Shown here piece by piece: positions 16,449 through 36,549 of a DNA stretch of 64,000 bases. Position 1 is the first letter of the stretch, and each line of letters begins with the position of its first letter. Origin of the DNA: the human T2T-CHM13v2.0 reference genome, Homo sapiens; NCBI RefSeq assembly GCF_009914755.1, contig NC_060944.1; one strand, written 5' to 3'. A program made the translations under genes and the position numbers. Under the pieces are notes generated by a model. It was not told the origin of the DNA, did not search any database, and was given only the letters and a program-made list of their open reading frames with translations.

Positions 16449-17566
16449 GTAAGGGGAGAGTCTACGGGAAACCCAAAATAAATGTCAGCCTTTAGAGCCC
16501 ACCAATCTGTCACAGAAGGCGTTTTCTACTTGACTTTAAAGAAAGGTGGTACTCAATTGTGGATTTAGGGAAACTCAGGTGATTATGAAAAGTAAATGAG
16601 AAAATATATGAAGCCCCTGGCATGTTTTGGTGGGTGGCGCAGGAAGGGGGTTTTTTTGTTTTGGATAGACAGGATCTCACTGTGTTGCCCAGGCTGGCCT
16701 TGGACTCCTGGCCTCAAGCAATCCTCCTGCCTCACCCTCCCAAAGCACCAGGATTACAGGCCTGAGCCACTGTGCCCAGCCTCGTACTTGGCGTGTTCAA
16801 AAAATGTTAATTCTTCGTGGAGAATGAGAATATTTGTGATTTTGTTCTGTCTTTAACTCTTTACATATATGTGTGCTAGGTGTTGGTCAGAGTGTTTGGT
16901 TGTCAAATTCAGCCTGGCTGGATGTATGTACTAGGCACTCTTGTGTCATCACTTTCATTTCTCACAGTAGCCCTGAAAGTGTTTACCTTACCTTCCCTCC
17001 TCCTGTCCCCAGCCCACCATTCAGGAAAATACCACTCAATCCACCATGGCCTGGTGGCCTCCTACAAAAGGTTTTACCATACCACGCTGGGTTGTTTCCC
17101 CTTGCCTTTCAGAGTCTGAAGCAGCAGCAATCCAGAGTACATCCAGCAAACCTCAGTTATTCCCCTCAAAATGTTCCAGCACATTCACCCAGTAACTGAG
17201 AAAGTGCCCTATCCAAAGGCATAGCTGAGTGACAGGCCATCTGTGATAAGACTCTTCCCACGCACTCTGAGTTCCCAAATGTTCACCACGAAGAACAAGT
17301 CTCTTACGACAGACCTAGTATGTTCCATTGAAGGCAGCTATTAGTCTCTAAAAGACTGTAAGGAAAACTTGAGGCAAAGCCAGAATTAATACAGTATGTA
17401 CAGACAGTGGGAGTTAAAGGCTCACCTTTCCCCACCCCACCCACAGCAGCAGCTCTGGAGCCAACCATGGAATTACAACCATTAGGTGGAATATCTAGCA
17501 CAACAAGGCGTCAACACATATGTAGAGTTATATAGTATGATTCCTTTCGTAAAAACTCGAAAAACA

Positions 17567-17969
<403 letters not shown>

Positions 17970-18187
17970 CTAAAGTTTACACCCAAGCCATACCTCATTC
18001 ATCAGTGAGTCCACATGTGTGCAGGTGAGAAGCATAGAGTACAGAGGGAGCTGCAGTCGTGAGCCAGTGGTTGCTGAGCCAAGATACAGCTCTTGCTGGA
18101 GTCATTCAGGTCTTGCTGGAGTCATTTAAACATGGCTATGCATGACCACTACTCACCTTTCTCACCTTTTGCATCAAGGATTAGCTC

Positions 18188-18319
18188 TGGGGAGCATGTT
18201 TTCTGATTTGCCTGAGACAGTCCAGTTTATACCTGTGTCCTGTTAATAGTTATTACTAGCATTTCCCTCATTCTCAACAATGAAGGCAATCTGGATGATA
18301 AGTTATATTGTCATTCTAG
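18188..18319. mobile_element. MER94-like hAT DNA transposon remnant
   Basis: gagacagtccagtttatacctg...ggatgataagttatattgtcattcta resembles MER94 (from memory of the consensus). Confidence 0.5.
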
Positions 18320-18564
18320 GTTTGGTTTCTGACAGCACTATCAACCTGATTTAGATAGTATATTTTAGTGTCATTTATATGTTTATCTCATGTTTATTAC
18401 TTGTCCATTTTAGTATAGTATGACAGTATAATTCATATCCTAAATAAATGTACTATGCAAAATGTGAACCAAAATGACTCCAAAAAGTGCCACTGGTCTG
18501 ATTACATGAGGAGCTTGGGCACGGTTGGCTTCATCAAGAAAGTCTTACTGTGAAATTAGTTCTT

Positions 18565-19939
<1,375 letters not shown>

Positions 19940-20458
19940 GTCTTGGGTTATGCAGAAATCCATGGTGTGGATAGTTATTGAAGTAAAGTGGTTTGGTGAT
20001 TTGGAGAGAAATTGACTAGAGGCTTTAGATGGCATTATTACTTTTCCCATTTAAATTAATGCAATGTAGGTTTCCTTACCTGAAAATTTATGATTCACAA
20101 TGTTTTCACAAATAGATTTTGTTCAGACAGCAAGCAGTGTATTTAGGTGTCATTAAAGGATGCATAAATAAGTGCAAAAACCATAAGGAAAAGAAGAAAA
20201 TGCTTATCACAGAGATCAGGAGACTGGTTTCCTCTGGCTGTGTGGGTGGAGGGTGCAGAGTTAGTGAGTTCTAACTACGTCTATTCTTGGGACAGGATTG
20301 TCAGTCTGGCTAGCATTATTTAAATACTACTATGGCTTGCCATGACTTACCTCTTAGGGATTTGGGGTTGCTGGTACTGTTCTGTTTCCTGAACTCAGGC
20401 TTATGATGTTAAATTGTATATTAATATTTTTATTATATTGTATGTTAATATTTTATGA

Positions 20459-21248
<790 letters not shown>

Positions 21249-22119
21249 TTAATGAGTTCAATAAGCAGGCAAGTTTGGGAAAACTGCCTCTAGTTAAGTC
21301 CATAGCAGATGGACCTCATTCAGTGTCACAGGGCTTCCAGGCAACTTTTTAGTGACATGTGTGCACAATTAAGGGTGACCACTCTCTAGAGGTAAGCCTC
21401 TAATATTGGAGACTGAAATAAACAGAAATGGGAATTAATAGTAGCTCTTCAGGGAAAAGAAAACTACCAATAATGTAGCATTGTTAATATCTCTGGTGAG
21501 AAAAAGAGAACAACATTAGAAATCTACCCAACTTATATATCCAAATCATGAATTTCAAAAAGAATGAGCAGAACAAGTAGAGAGGATAGAATAGTTATTG
21601 AAATAATTCCAAAAAATTACCAAGACCTGCAAGACAGTTCCAGGTTGAATCAGTCTACCAAGTAGACAACACAGGAAAATAAATAGACTTAGTCGTTTAG
21701 CATCATTGAAAGTTAGAAGACAATTCTGAAGGAAAATTATTTTAATTTAGAATTCTATACTTAACCAAAACAATTAAGTGTTAGATTAGTAACCTACAAT
21801 TTTTCAAAAAATGCACCTCCTGCCTACCCTTTCTCCACAGTATCTACTGTAGGATATGCCTCAATATGTGAAAGTAAACCAGAAAATGGGAGACACTGAA
21901 TTCCTGAAAGAGGATCCAACACAAGAAAGGAAGGAAAGGAATCCCTAGGCTGGTGAAGGAGAGCCCCAAGCATTAGTGGCAAAGCAGGCCTAGAAAGCGC
22001 CCAGTCCACGCTGGAACAGCCCAGAACCTTGCTAGAGATTTCCTTAAGTAAATGAAATTTATAAAAGATTTACACAACAGGAGGATAATTTGAGATTGAA
22101 TTGGAAGTAATTACATAGC

Positions 22120-22824
<705 letters not shown>

Positions 22825-23173
22825 TTATGTTTTATACATTTATATTTTAGGGGGTACTGTACCTTAAAAACCGATGTTTATAGGGGAAAAAATTAGGACA
22901 TAATAGGTAAGTAAAAAGAAGAAAGTGAAGATCACTTTTAATCTCACTACTTTGAAATACTGTTAATTTGTTCATTTGATGGGGGTGTGTGTTTTAAAAC
23001 TAAATATTTACTGTACTATTTTATAATCTGGTTTTTAGCCCTTATATGAGAATTTTTTTATACTAAATGAAATATATGTTTGAGTCTAAGTGGTGAATGA
23101 GAAATCTGATCAAAAATAAAACTGCTGATCATAGACAGCTTCTGACCCTATGCTTTTTATGTCTCTTCTGCAG

Positions 23174-23242
23174 ATTCTCAGAGAGAGTTCAACAGCAGGC
23201 CAGGTACAGGATACGTACCTGTGGAGTTTTGGAAAAAAACAG
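23174..23242 (+). CDS. CBFA2T2: CBFA2T2 coding exon
   Basis: ctgcag|AT...G|gtatg; 69 nt, phase 1-1; (D)SQREFNSRPGTGYVPVEFWKKT. Confidence 0.95.
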
Positions 23243-24204
23243 GTATGTGTCTGACTGCTTGTAGGTCATACATACTCACTAATTTGTGGGAGCAGAGAAC
23301 AGATAACTGGGTGAATGGTTGGTAACTGGGTCCTTTGGTTGTATAATAACTTGCTCCTCATAGAGCTCTAGGCTCCTGCCTCTCCTGCTCTGGCTTGTCC
23401 TGCATGTCTCCTGATACCTGTCTTGTTAATTTGCAGGTCAGGAGTTTGGAATAGCTCCCTCCAGTCCCTTTCACACTCTTCCACTGGGTCACGCTGAGGC
23501 AATAAGTACCTGTTGACATGTCCTGTTTCTGGGCTTGCAACAGAGTTCATTTTGCCTGATCTCTTCACTGGTGGCTACAGTATACTGTGTTCACACTACT
23601 GCCACATTTGTGCCCAAATTCTGCTCTGGGCACAGCTCTGTAATCCCCCTGTGCTTTCTTTCACCTTCTCTGTGCCTACCATAGTGAAGACTGTTCTTGG
23701 TAGGCCTCCTCTTTTACAAGAATAAAGGAGGGTGGGGACTGCCTATTTTGTAAGTTCAAGGATGAACCTCACATCACTAATGTCAGCCTTATCCAAATAT
23801 TGGCATTCTTTCACTTCTTGCCTCCCCATCCCAGTTTCATTTTTTAAGTCCAATACAACTTTTGGTTTTCTTACTAAGATAAAATTTATTTCTACAAAAA
23901 TGTAATACCTACATTCATAAAGACTCTTTTAAGAGCATCTAGACAGTAGTAAACAAATAAAAGATATGAACAGACACATTATGCTATGAGAAATACAAAT
24001 AAACATATTGCAAAATATTTTTCCTTACTAGTAGTCAGGATAATGTAAGATAAAGCATATCTGATAAATTAACCCCTTGTCTTTAACCGTCCGTTATTGA
24101 CAATTTTAAAAGACCTTGTTGATGACACTCAATAATTGATCAGAGGCTTATATAAGAAATTAAGTGAGTACCTGCAGATTCTTGGAATCATTCCTCACTT
24201 TTCC

Positions 24205-24817
<613 letters not shown>

Positions 24818-25827
24818 ACAAGATCTCTTTTAAACTAGTGAGTTTGATTATTTGGGAGATACCTTTGGTTAACTATGGTTAAGAGCCCAACTTTGGTGTT
24901 GGGCCAGCTAGGTTTGAGTCCTTGCTCTGCTACAGTGCCATCTGTGACCTTAGACGACCTCCAGTAAGATAGCTAGCCAAACCGAGATGATTATTAATTC
25001 ATGCTTAAGCTGAGGGGATAAAATGTACCTAAGAGCATTGTTACACTGGCTCAATAAGAGGCATCTGATAAGAGACTTATGAAAAGTTCTTGGCCTCTGG
25101 GGTGAAGATTTTCTTAAGGCCAGAGCCATAAGATGGAAAGTTGTTTCATGGTAGCCTAGAACTCTGTGTTTGAACCTCCCTTGAGCCTGTGCCATGTGCA
25201 AGAGGTAAACCGTGAGGGAGTGTCCTTAGGCTTCTGGATTGTCTAGTCCTGTGGACTTACGTAGGGAGCTACGTATTTTGGGACTTCACATTCACATTCT
25301 CATTGGGCTGAGGCTCAAACATATGGAATGTGTTATTTTGCAGCGTCTACATTAGGGAAATCAAGCAGGGCATTGGTGATGGGAGGAAGTGAACAGGAAC
25401 CAGGTAGGATGATGGTAAGTGGACAGGGTTTAAAAACCCAGGGCTTTTGGCAGTCTGCCCAAATCTATGTCTTTAGCCCTTGTTTGTGCACCTAGTCTTA
25501 TTTATTTAATTGCCTCCTGGCCATTTACACCTGGATGCCCCAGAGGCACCTCCACCTTCTCACTTGCCTCCACACTAGCTTTGTGTGGACTGTCCATTTC
25601 ATTGCCTAGCTTTAGCATTCTTCTCTTTCACCTCCACTTCCAGGCCCTTCGGTGCTCCCAACCTTTTTCTGCCTCATCCCTTCCTCAGTGCCACTTATTC
25701 CTGCCTAAATTCAGCCTCTTCTATCAGTTCAATCATTGCACCAGCCTCCCGGTTGCTATCTCTGTCTTTAATCTTCCCCTTGCATAGAATCCTTTATGGA
25801 GTTTCCTTTGAAAATAAAGTCAAGCCG

Positions 25828-26438
<611 letters not shown>

Positions 26439-26874
26439 AAGGTCAAATTTCTTAGTCTGGCATGCAAGACTTTTTGCAAAATCTCATTTCCATCTACCAT
26501 CTCAAGCAAAACACATGTCTTGATTCTCCCCTGCCCACTGAAGAGCTGATCACTTTTCTCCTTGGAACTCTAGTCTCTTACGATGACATACACGATGGCA
26601 CCTGAAACACTTTCATACTTGGTCACAAGCAGTCAGGAGAGTGTGGCCTGTGTCTAGTCACTTGCGTCCACAGCCCTAGCTCGGTGCCCACCTCCATCTC
26701 CGTACCCAGCCAGCACCTGCATGGATGGACACATGAGTGTGAAGATCATGTGTTCCTCCCTGTGGAGTTTTAGAAAAGATCACTTTGTGTCAGCTCTCTC
26801 CTTACTTAGAATTGCCGTGGGATGGGAGGGAAAAGATTTCTCGGCCAGTTGATTTTACTGTCACTTTCTTCTAG

Positions 26875-27065
26875 AAGAAGCTGTGAATAAGGTGAAAATT
26901 CAGGCCATGTCAGAAGTACAGAAGGCCGTCGCTGAGGCAGAGCAGAAAGCCTTTGAAGTGATTGCAACAGAGAGAGCACGAATGGAGCAAACCATAGCGG
27001 ATGTCAAGCGGCAGGCCGCAGAGGATGCTTTCCTCGTCATCAATGAGCAAGAGGAGTCCACGGAG
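26875..27065 (+). CDS. CBFA2T2: CBFA2T2 coding exon (NHR3)
   Basis: ttctag|AA...GAG|gtcag; 191 nt; [30 protein letters not shown]...INEQEESTE. Confidence 0.97.
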
Positions 27066-27506
27066 GTCAGAGCTCTGCGCCCTGGGGGCTGGGGTGAGCA
27101 GCTGGAGTGACCACGCCCGCTGCCTTCCTCTCATACGCTGGGCAGGAAGACACAGGCAGTCCACTCTTGAGCTCAATGAGGATAATTTTTATCCAGTGCC
27201 AGGAGAGTTTTGGTTCTCATGCTAAGACTCTTTTACATGCCAAGATAGTGAATTATTACATTGTATTTTTACATACATACATATATATATAGAGAGAGAG
27301 AGAGAGGCTCAGTGTATTGGTGTAAATTTTGAGAATTCACCCTAAAGACAGAGTTTGTGTGATTGCACGATGATGATGATGACCAGCATTGACGGAGTGG
27401 GCTTACTGTGTGCCAGACACCCAGCAAAGTTGTATATTTTCTTTTTGAGTCTCACAATGGCCCTAATTTGCAGATGAGGAGACTGTGGCTCAGGGAATGC
27501 AACTAA

Positions 27507-27799
<293 letters not shown>

Positions 27800-28144
27800 A
27801 GCACCTAGGCTTTTTACAAATAGGATAGCTGGTTTGTGGACTGAAGTAACAGGTTGGGTGTATCTGCCTGATTGTCCAGGACCCAGGATCCAGGGCCCAG
27901 GACTTGGTGATGGTTCTATACAGGACGCTTGAGTACTACAGTGAGGAGAAAAATCAACAAACTGAAAAAGAATCTGTGACAACATGAGAACAGCCCTTTT
28001 GAATTTAATGCAGTTTTTCTGTAAATTTCATTTTAGTCATTTTTCAGCTTTAAAACAAGAAACCAGTTTCTTTCTGTAAGTAGGTAGATCTCATCTACTG
28101 GATGGGAGACCGGCTGTCTTTGGGACATTCTCTTGAAGTTCAGC

Positions 28145-28646
28145 ACTCACTCTGTCACCGAGGCTGGAGTGCAATGGTGCGGTCTCGGCTCACCGCAACC
28201 TCTACCTCCGGGTTCAAGCGATTCTCCCACCTCAGCCTCCCAAGTAGCTTGGAGTACAGGTGCACACCACCGTGCCTGGCTAATTTTCATATTTTTAATA
28301 GAGATGGGCTTTCGCCATGTTGGCCAGGCTAATCTTGAACTCCTAGCCTCAAGTGATCCACCCAACCTTGGCCTCCCAAAGTGCTGGGATTACAGATGGG
28401 CTTTTTTTTTTTTTTTAACAAACAATAGAAATGTTATTTTCTTGTAATTTAAATGGTCCATTTCAGTATTGTACTGTCACACATGGCAATGTGCAGATGA
28501 AAATGCCTAAATACCACGTGGCTATCACAGAGGATGTGGTGAAATTCCTTATTACAGCTCTTCAATACAGATACTATGGATTGTGAGAAAATAGTTTCTT
28601 TAATCCCCCTCCCTTTTCGTTCTCTCCTCCTCCTTTGTCTTTTTTT

Positions 28647-28699
<53 letters not shown>

Positions 28700-29162
28700 A
28701 TAACAGGGTCTCACTATATTGCCCAGGCAGGTCTTGAACTCCTGGGCTCAAGCTATATATACTCTTGCTTCTGCCTCCCTAAGAGCTGGGATTACAGGCA
28801 TGAGCCACCACGCCCAGCTTCTCCTCCTCCTTTTTCTTTAGAATTGTTTTTGAGGCTGGGCACAGTGGCCAATGCTTGTAATCTCAGCACTTTGGGAGGC
28901 CAAGGTAGTGTGAACACTTGAGCTCAGGAGTTCAAGACCAGCCTTGGCTAGATGGTGAGACCCCATTTCTGCCAAAAAAAAAATTTAAAAATTAGCCAGG
29001 CATGGTGTCATGCACCTGTAGTCCAGGTACTTTGGAGGCTGGGGCAGGAGGATCGCTTGAGCCCAGGAGGTGCAAGCCTGACCATGATCGTAACACTGCA
29101 TTCCAGCCTGGGTGGGAGAGCAAGACCCCATCTCTTTAAAAAAAAAAAGAAAAAAGAAAAAA
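28145..29162. mobile_element. Alu cluster (28145-28398 -, 28640-28818 - with (TG)n tail, 28854-29162 +)
   Basis: Alu consensus; (TG)~23 at 28651-28697. Confidence 0.88.
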
Positions 29163-30284
29163 GGTGATGACGATGGCAAGATGAGGGGGAAAGAAAAGAG
29201 AATTGTTTTTGAGAGTGAGATATCTGTTTCTCTTCTCTATGTTTAACTGTGTATGTATAGCCATCCATATCAGTATCTGTATTTGTCCTTATTTATCTAC
29301 TTTTATCTCTGTTTATCTTTAACTATGTCTATCTCCAAAGAAAGAGTATAGCTTTTGGCTTAGAGCATAGATCCTGGATCTGGACTGCGTAGGTTTAAAT
29401 CCCAGCTCTCCATTTTGAGCATTGTGCTTTTAAGGAATTGTAATTTTAAATAAGCCACAAAGTAGCCTCCAGGTGAGGTGCACACCTGGACCTATCCCTG
29501 CAAAATCACTTTCAAAAGCAGGGAAGGGATAGAGGGCCTGTCCTTTGGATGAGTTTGCATTGGACCAAAACGGCTGATTCTCGTCCATCAAGAATGTTCA
29601 GCTAGAATATCCTTGTTGAAATTTGGCAGGTATTCCTGGAGTTTCTTGTTCATCTTGTGAAAGGTGGTCTGGTGTGGGGGAGGAAGGAGGCCAGGACTGG
29701 AGGTTAGGAGCCCTGACTTCTAGCCGAGTTCCCTCTCATACTGGCAGTATACCCTTAAAGGAGTCAGTCTCCATCTCTGTTCAATGAGTATAGCAGCTCC
29801 TATCCTATTGGTCTGATAGTTATTAGGGAACAGGCACAGTGGCCCATGCCTGTAATTCCAGCTCTTTAGGAGGTCAAGGTGGGAGGGTCCTTTGAGGCCA
29901 GGAGGTCAAGACCAGCCTGGGCAATATAAGGAGACTCTGTCTCTACAAGAAATTAAAGAATCAGCCAGGCATGGTGGCACATGCCTGTAGTCCCAGCTAC
30001 TCAGGAGGCTAAGGTGGGAGTGTGGGAGGATCCCTGGAGCCTAGGAGGTCAAGTCCAGCTTGGGCAACATAGCAAGACCCTGTCTCCAAAAGAAAAAACA
30101 AAACAGCAGCAGCAGCCTTCGTTGAGTCAGATTATCAGTAAAAACAATGAAGATTATTCTCTAATGAGGGAAGCAATATCAGCTGGGCGCTTATAATCCT
30201 GACACTTTGGGAGGCTGAGACAGGCAGATCACTTGAGCCCAGGAGTTCAAGCGTAGCCTGGCCAACATGGCAAAACCTCATCTC

Positions 30285-30287
<3 letters not shown>

Positions 30288-30352
<65 letters not shown>

Positions 30353-30356
30353 TATA

Positions 30357-30392
<36 letters not shown>
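30288..30392. repeat. Compound (TA)~31 / (TG)~17 microsatellite inside a truncated Alu (30181-30438)
   Basis: Read directly from the sequence. Confidence 0.95.
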
Positions 30393-30397
<5 letters not shown>

Positions 30398-30878
30398 ATG
30401 TATAATTACAAAAATTAGCCAGGCATGGTGGCACATGCAGAAAGGAGTAGGATAAATGTTCGTCTTAACACATGTGGTCTTAGGATAGATGGCTCTTGGG
30501 GGAGACCCTGGCACAGAGTTTGGTTTGGTTTCTGACTATTAAAATGAGCCAAAAGATGAGTCCATGCCTTAGGCAGGAGAGATGGCCACCTGCCCTAGGC
30601 TGGTGCTGTGTAAGGTATTTTCACACACACATCTCATTTCACTGTTCCTGTCATCTTGCAGGGAAGTAGTTTTCTTGTTTTACAGATGAAGGAAACTCAG
30701 AAAGGCAGTGTGTATTTCTCATAGTTAAACAGCAGTAGAGGGCGGAGTTGACCACAGGTGTATGTAGTTCCAAAGCTGGGGTTCTCTACATACAGCCCCT
30801 TGCTTTACTGTGCAGGGAATGAATGGCAAGCCTGCCCCTCAATCCCAGCAACCACTAACTGATGCCTGTGTCTTGCAG

Positions 30879-31178
30879 AACTGCTGGAACTGTGGCCGCA
30901 AAGCCAGCGAGACATGCAGTGGCTGCAATATCGCGCGATACTGTGGCTCTTTCTGCCAGCACAAGGACTGGGAGCGGCACCACCGCCTCTGTGGTCAGAA
31001 CCTGCATGGCCAGAGCCCCCACGGCCAGGGCCGGCCGCTGCTTCCTGTAGGCAGGGGCTCCTCTGCCAGGTCCGCCGACTGCAGCGTGCCCAGCCCAGCC
31101 CTCGACAAGACCTCGGCAACCACATCGCGTTCCTCAACACCTGCTTCTGTGACAGCTATCGACACCAACGGACTCTGA
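30879..31178 (+). CDS. CBFA2T2: CBFA2T2 last coding exon (NHR4/MYND zinc finger)
   Basis: branch-like cactaac, then ttgcag|AAC; [38 protein letters not shown]...DTNGL*; TGA at 31176-31178. Confidence 0.98.
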   Translation, partial: NCWNCGRKASETCSGCNIARYCGSFCQHKDWERHHRLCGQNLHGQSPHGQGRPLLPVGRGSSARSADCSVPSPALDKTSATTSRSSTPASVTAIDTNGL

Positions 31179-32439
31179 GCCCCGGACTCTGCTTACCCTG
31201 ATGGCTGCTCAGCACCACAGAGTGCTTGGGCTGAGGGACTGACTGTTGGAACCCGTGCATGTAGCTGCCGGGTCATCAGCAAGAAATGAATTGGAGGCAG
31301 GAAGAGTCCAAGCCTGAATAATAACACCCCACAGCCTCTCTGTGCACTTGCTGTCTGCGGAGCCAGTGTGCCATTCTCTGCACATGGGCAGCCAGCCTGA
31401 GCTGCCTCCTCCATGGCTTTCCTGGTTTGTTCCTCTCTCCACTGAAGCTGACTTAGCCGGCCCCTTTTCAGTGTAGACCACCAGCTCCCCTCCCCATCTC
31501 CTTGAGTCAGCAGACTGTCCAATGTGCTCAGCCAGGCTGGAGGCGGCAGGCGGCAGGCAGCAGGCTGTGGAGGAGGCCCCTCGGTCAGGGAGCGGCCTGC
31601 CTCACCCCTGAATAGCTCCTTCGGCCCCATCTCCATCCTCAGCAGATGACACTGATTGGCCTCACGGGGACTTGGGTAAGCAACAGGCGGCATTCAGGAC
31701 TCTTCTCAACCCTGCTGTTCAGACTTGATAAGATCTCAGAGTCCACAGGAAAGAAGTCACTGTTGCAATAAAAGCACCCGTAGTAGCAAAAACATAAAAC
31801 AAATAAAACTTCCCCCACATCACAGATGATTTTGGACAAGATTTTCCAACCTTGCTGGCTACTTTAGTTTGGGACCTGTTTTTTTTCTCATTTGATTTTG
31901 CTTGTGCAGAAAATAGTTTCCAGCACATGGATTGATCTGAGAGAGAATGAGGCTCAGTTGTGGATAGTCTGTTTTCTCTGAGCATGTTGGCCAACTAGTA
32001 TCGTCAAATTATTGAGTGGATCATCTCTTGGAAATGCAGAACTTCTGCCACCACTTGGCTATTTGCACAGTCATCTTGTTCTGTGTCCTTTTATCTCTCA
32101 GACCACACACATCTGGAACGCTGTGGGCATCTTCTGCCCATGGGCTCCATTTGGCACCTGCTGAGCCACAGTTGTCCTGCTGGATGTGCTGTGCAGGTTG
32201 GTAGGACTTGCCCCCACTGTCAAGGCCTGGTCTCATCTGAAAAGCCCTCCTGGACCTCAAAGAATTCTTCAGACCTCATAGTTACAGGTCATTATATCTA
32301 CTATGTTGATTTATCATCAGGCACACAACTTCTGTTTCCTTCTCTTGTGTTATCTGATAGCGTCCCTCCTTGAGCTCATCAGAAAGGTTTTATGAAATGT
32401 GAACCATTTTGGGAAAAGCTGATCAATTTTTCTTCCTAG

Positions 32440-34113
<1,674 letters not shown>

Positions 34114-36543
34114 GTCTTGAGCAGGTTTTTAAAATCTCCAGTGGCCATAAAACTAGCCAGGGTAGCTCATGCTTTTACTGGTTGGAATAAGGAGCCAAAA
34201 CCAACAAAATAATATTTATTAGGGCTCGATGCCCATTTCTGTGGCTAAGGCTTAGGTTTGGTGTGCAGAGCCTGGCCTGCTCTTGTGGGCTGTGGTTGCT
34301 GTGACAGTTTCGTTTTCTGAATCTTTGTAATGCTCTTCCACCCTGCTCGTGCTGCCCAGAGGCTGATCTGCAAACCTGGGCAGTATTCCACACTGAAGCT
34401 CAGTTTGCAAACCTTCTGCTGTGTTAATTCTGGTCAGTTTCACACAGAAGTCACGAGGGCCTCTGCCCAGGACCTTCTATTCACATTTCAAGAATCCCTT
34501 TCTGAAATTCTCCAACTCTCTGGTCAGGAGGAGGAGCACCATTGGGGCGGGGTAGGCAGCTAGAGGCGCAGGAGCGAATCCAGGTTCCTTGCGTGGTTCC
34601 CAGCCTCTGCTGACAGCACCTCAGCTACCAGGTGGGGAGTGGAAATTCAGCCTGCTTAGAGGACTGACCTCTACAGTTCATATTTGCAGTGACATAAAAG
34701 GCAAAGAGGAGCTGGCATGGTGGTACAGAAGGTATCAGTCAAGCGCAGGCTCTTCAGAAACCTAGAAACTAAAAAGAGATGCAACATGTGACTGGCCATC
34801 AGCCAGACATGTCTAGGGTGAGACCAGTGCTCAGCACCACCCGCCAAGGAACACTGATGAGTTGTGGGACATTATGGTCGGCCAAGTGAGGAATGATTGC
34901 AGGGACCAGAGAAGACCAAAGATGCCAGATGTCCCCAGAGTTTCTTGAGGGCTGGGTTTCACGTCTTTGCTTGTCCTTTTTGTCCCCACTTGCCTGCACC
35001 GTGCCTGACTCATCCAGTGGGGAAGGTGACTCAAGAAGTTGTTTAAGCCTAGGCCTAGGCAGTCCACTTCGGGAGGTGGGGGCACTCCACACTGGGGGGC
35101 CCTGCAGCTCCAGGGCTGGTGCTCTAGCAGATCCGCTCAGGCACGGTTGGGTGACCGTGGGGTCACCGATTGCGTAGATTATTTCTAGGGCAGTGCTGGG
35201 TTAGAAATGTCTGTCTGGAAACAGGACACATCTTGCCACCACAAGTCCACACCTGGCCTTGGCTGCTGCCCGCTCTCTGCAGCGTGGATTTCCTTTGCCC
35301 ATTTGGGCCAGAAGGTCACCAGGAGTTCATCACTGCTTAGTGTCAACTTGACATCTTCAGCTTCCAGACAGAAAACCCATGCTTTACTTTGTACAGCCCT
35401 GTCCCAGAGTTAGTAAGCCTCGGCTTGTCACCTGCTTGCAAAGGGTATAGACATCATTCTGGGTAGTTCTAGAGGATATCGCAACAAGTGCGTTTGAAGG
35501 TTCAGCACAGCTGGAATTGTACGGTAGTGAGCTCTTCAAAATGAAAACAGAATGACCGGATGGCCATCTGTCCTGGAAACTGTAGAATTGAATAAATCAC
35601 TGAAAATAGAACACTTCTTGGAGGCTTTCTTCAGAACTGAACTAGAAACAAGGTTTCCAGGCTCCCAGGTCAGTAGACCAAACCAACTTCCTTAGATTTT
35701 TTTTTTTAAGCTGTTTGCAGAAAACTGGGTGGTAGCGTGTCTGAACCAAACGGAAGAATAGCCAGCGGAGCATGGACTGTTCCAGCACGGGCCAGATGGC
35801 CAGCTGTCGAGAGCAGCCCTGCCCAGATTGCGGTGGGGGCTGTGCCAGCGGCTCCGCAGGGCCCTTCCAACTCTGGAGTGTCTGTAGTTCTTGTGAAACC
35901 AAAACGTTGACTACCTGCCTCTTTCCTCGGGCATCGACGTGCTCATTTCCAAAGATGATGGTGCAGGTGACCTTTTCCATCGTGAGCTAAGAGAAGGTTA
36001 GGAGGCCTGAGGGGCGGGCCTTGTGTCCCCTCCTCCCCCTCCACAGCCCCTGAGGTGGAGCTTCCCTCACAGACCCCATCTGGTCGAGCCTACGGCTGCC
36101 CAGTGTACACTCAGTGATGCTTATACCAAATAGGGCATGTGCGCTGGTGTCTGTTGGGGACAGCCCCATCCCTACCTTGGAGTCGGCAGAGAAGCAGCAA
36201 TAAGCATTAGGCGAATGATTGAAAGGGCTGCTGCGCCAAGAGGCCTTCAGTCCCCTTAACGTGGCTTTCCAACTTCCTGACGAGGCTACAAAGGCTCCGC
36301 TCACAAAAGAAAGCCAATAATGTAAATAAATAGAAAACGAAGCCTCCACGCGTGGTTTTTAAAGGGGGATGATGAATGTGACACCACCCACAGAATGCAT
36401 TAGAATCTGGTTTTTCTGTGCTTTGTCATTTTACTCTGATAGGAATTTTTGTTACCTAACTCTGTGCATAACTTATTTAATGTACTGTATAAATGAACCA
36501 AAACTGTTAAATATGTATTTAGTTTGTTCTACTTAAAGTAGTC

Positions 36544-36549
36544 AATAAA
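36544..36549 (+). terminator. Distal polyadenylation signal of CBFA2T2
   Basis: AATAAA preceded by several TGTA motifs (36481-36517) and followed by a T-rich stretch. Confidence 0.7.

Noticed and set aside
30733-30746. CTCF-like gcagtagagggcgg
   Set aside because: Imperfect match inside a MIR remnant; cannot be supported without ChIP data.
31208-31230. REST/NRSE-like tcagcaccac
   Set aside because: Left half-site only; the GGACAG right half is absent.
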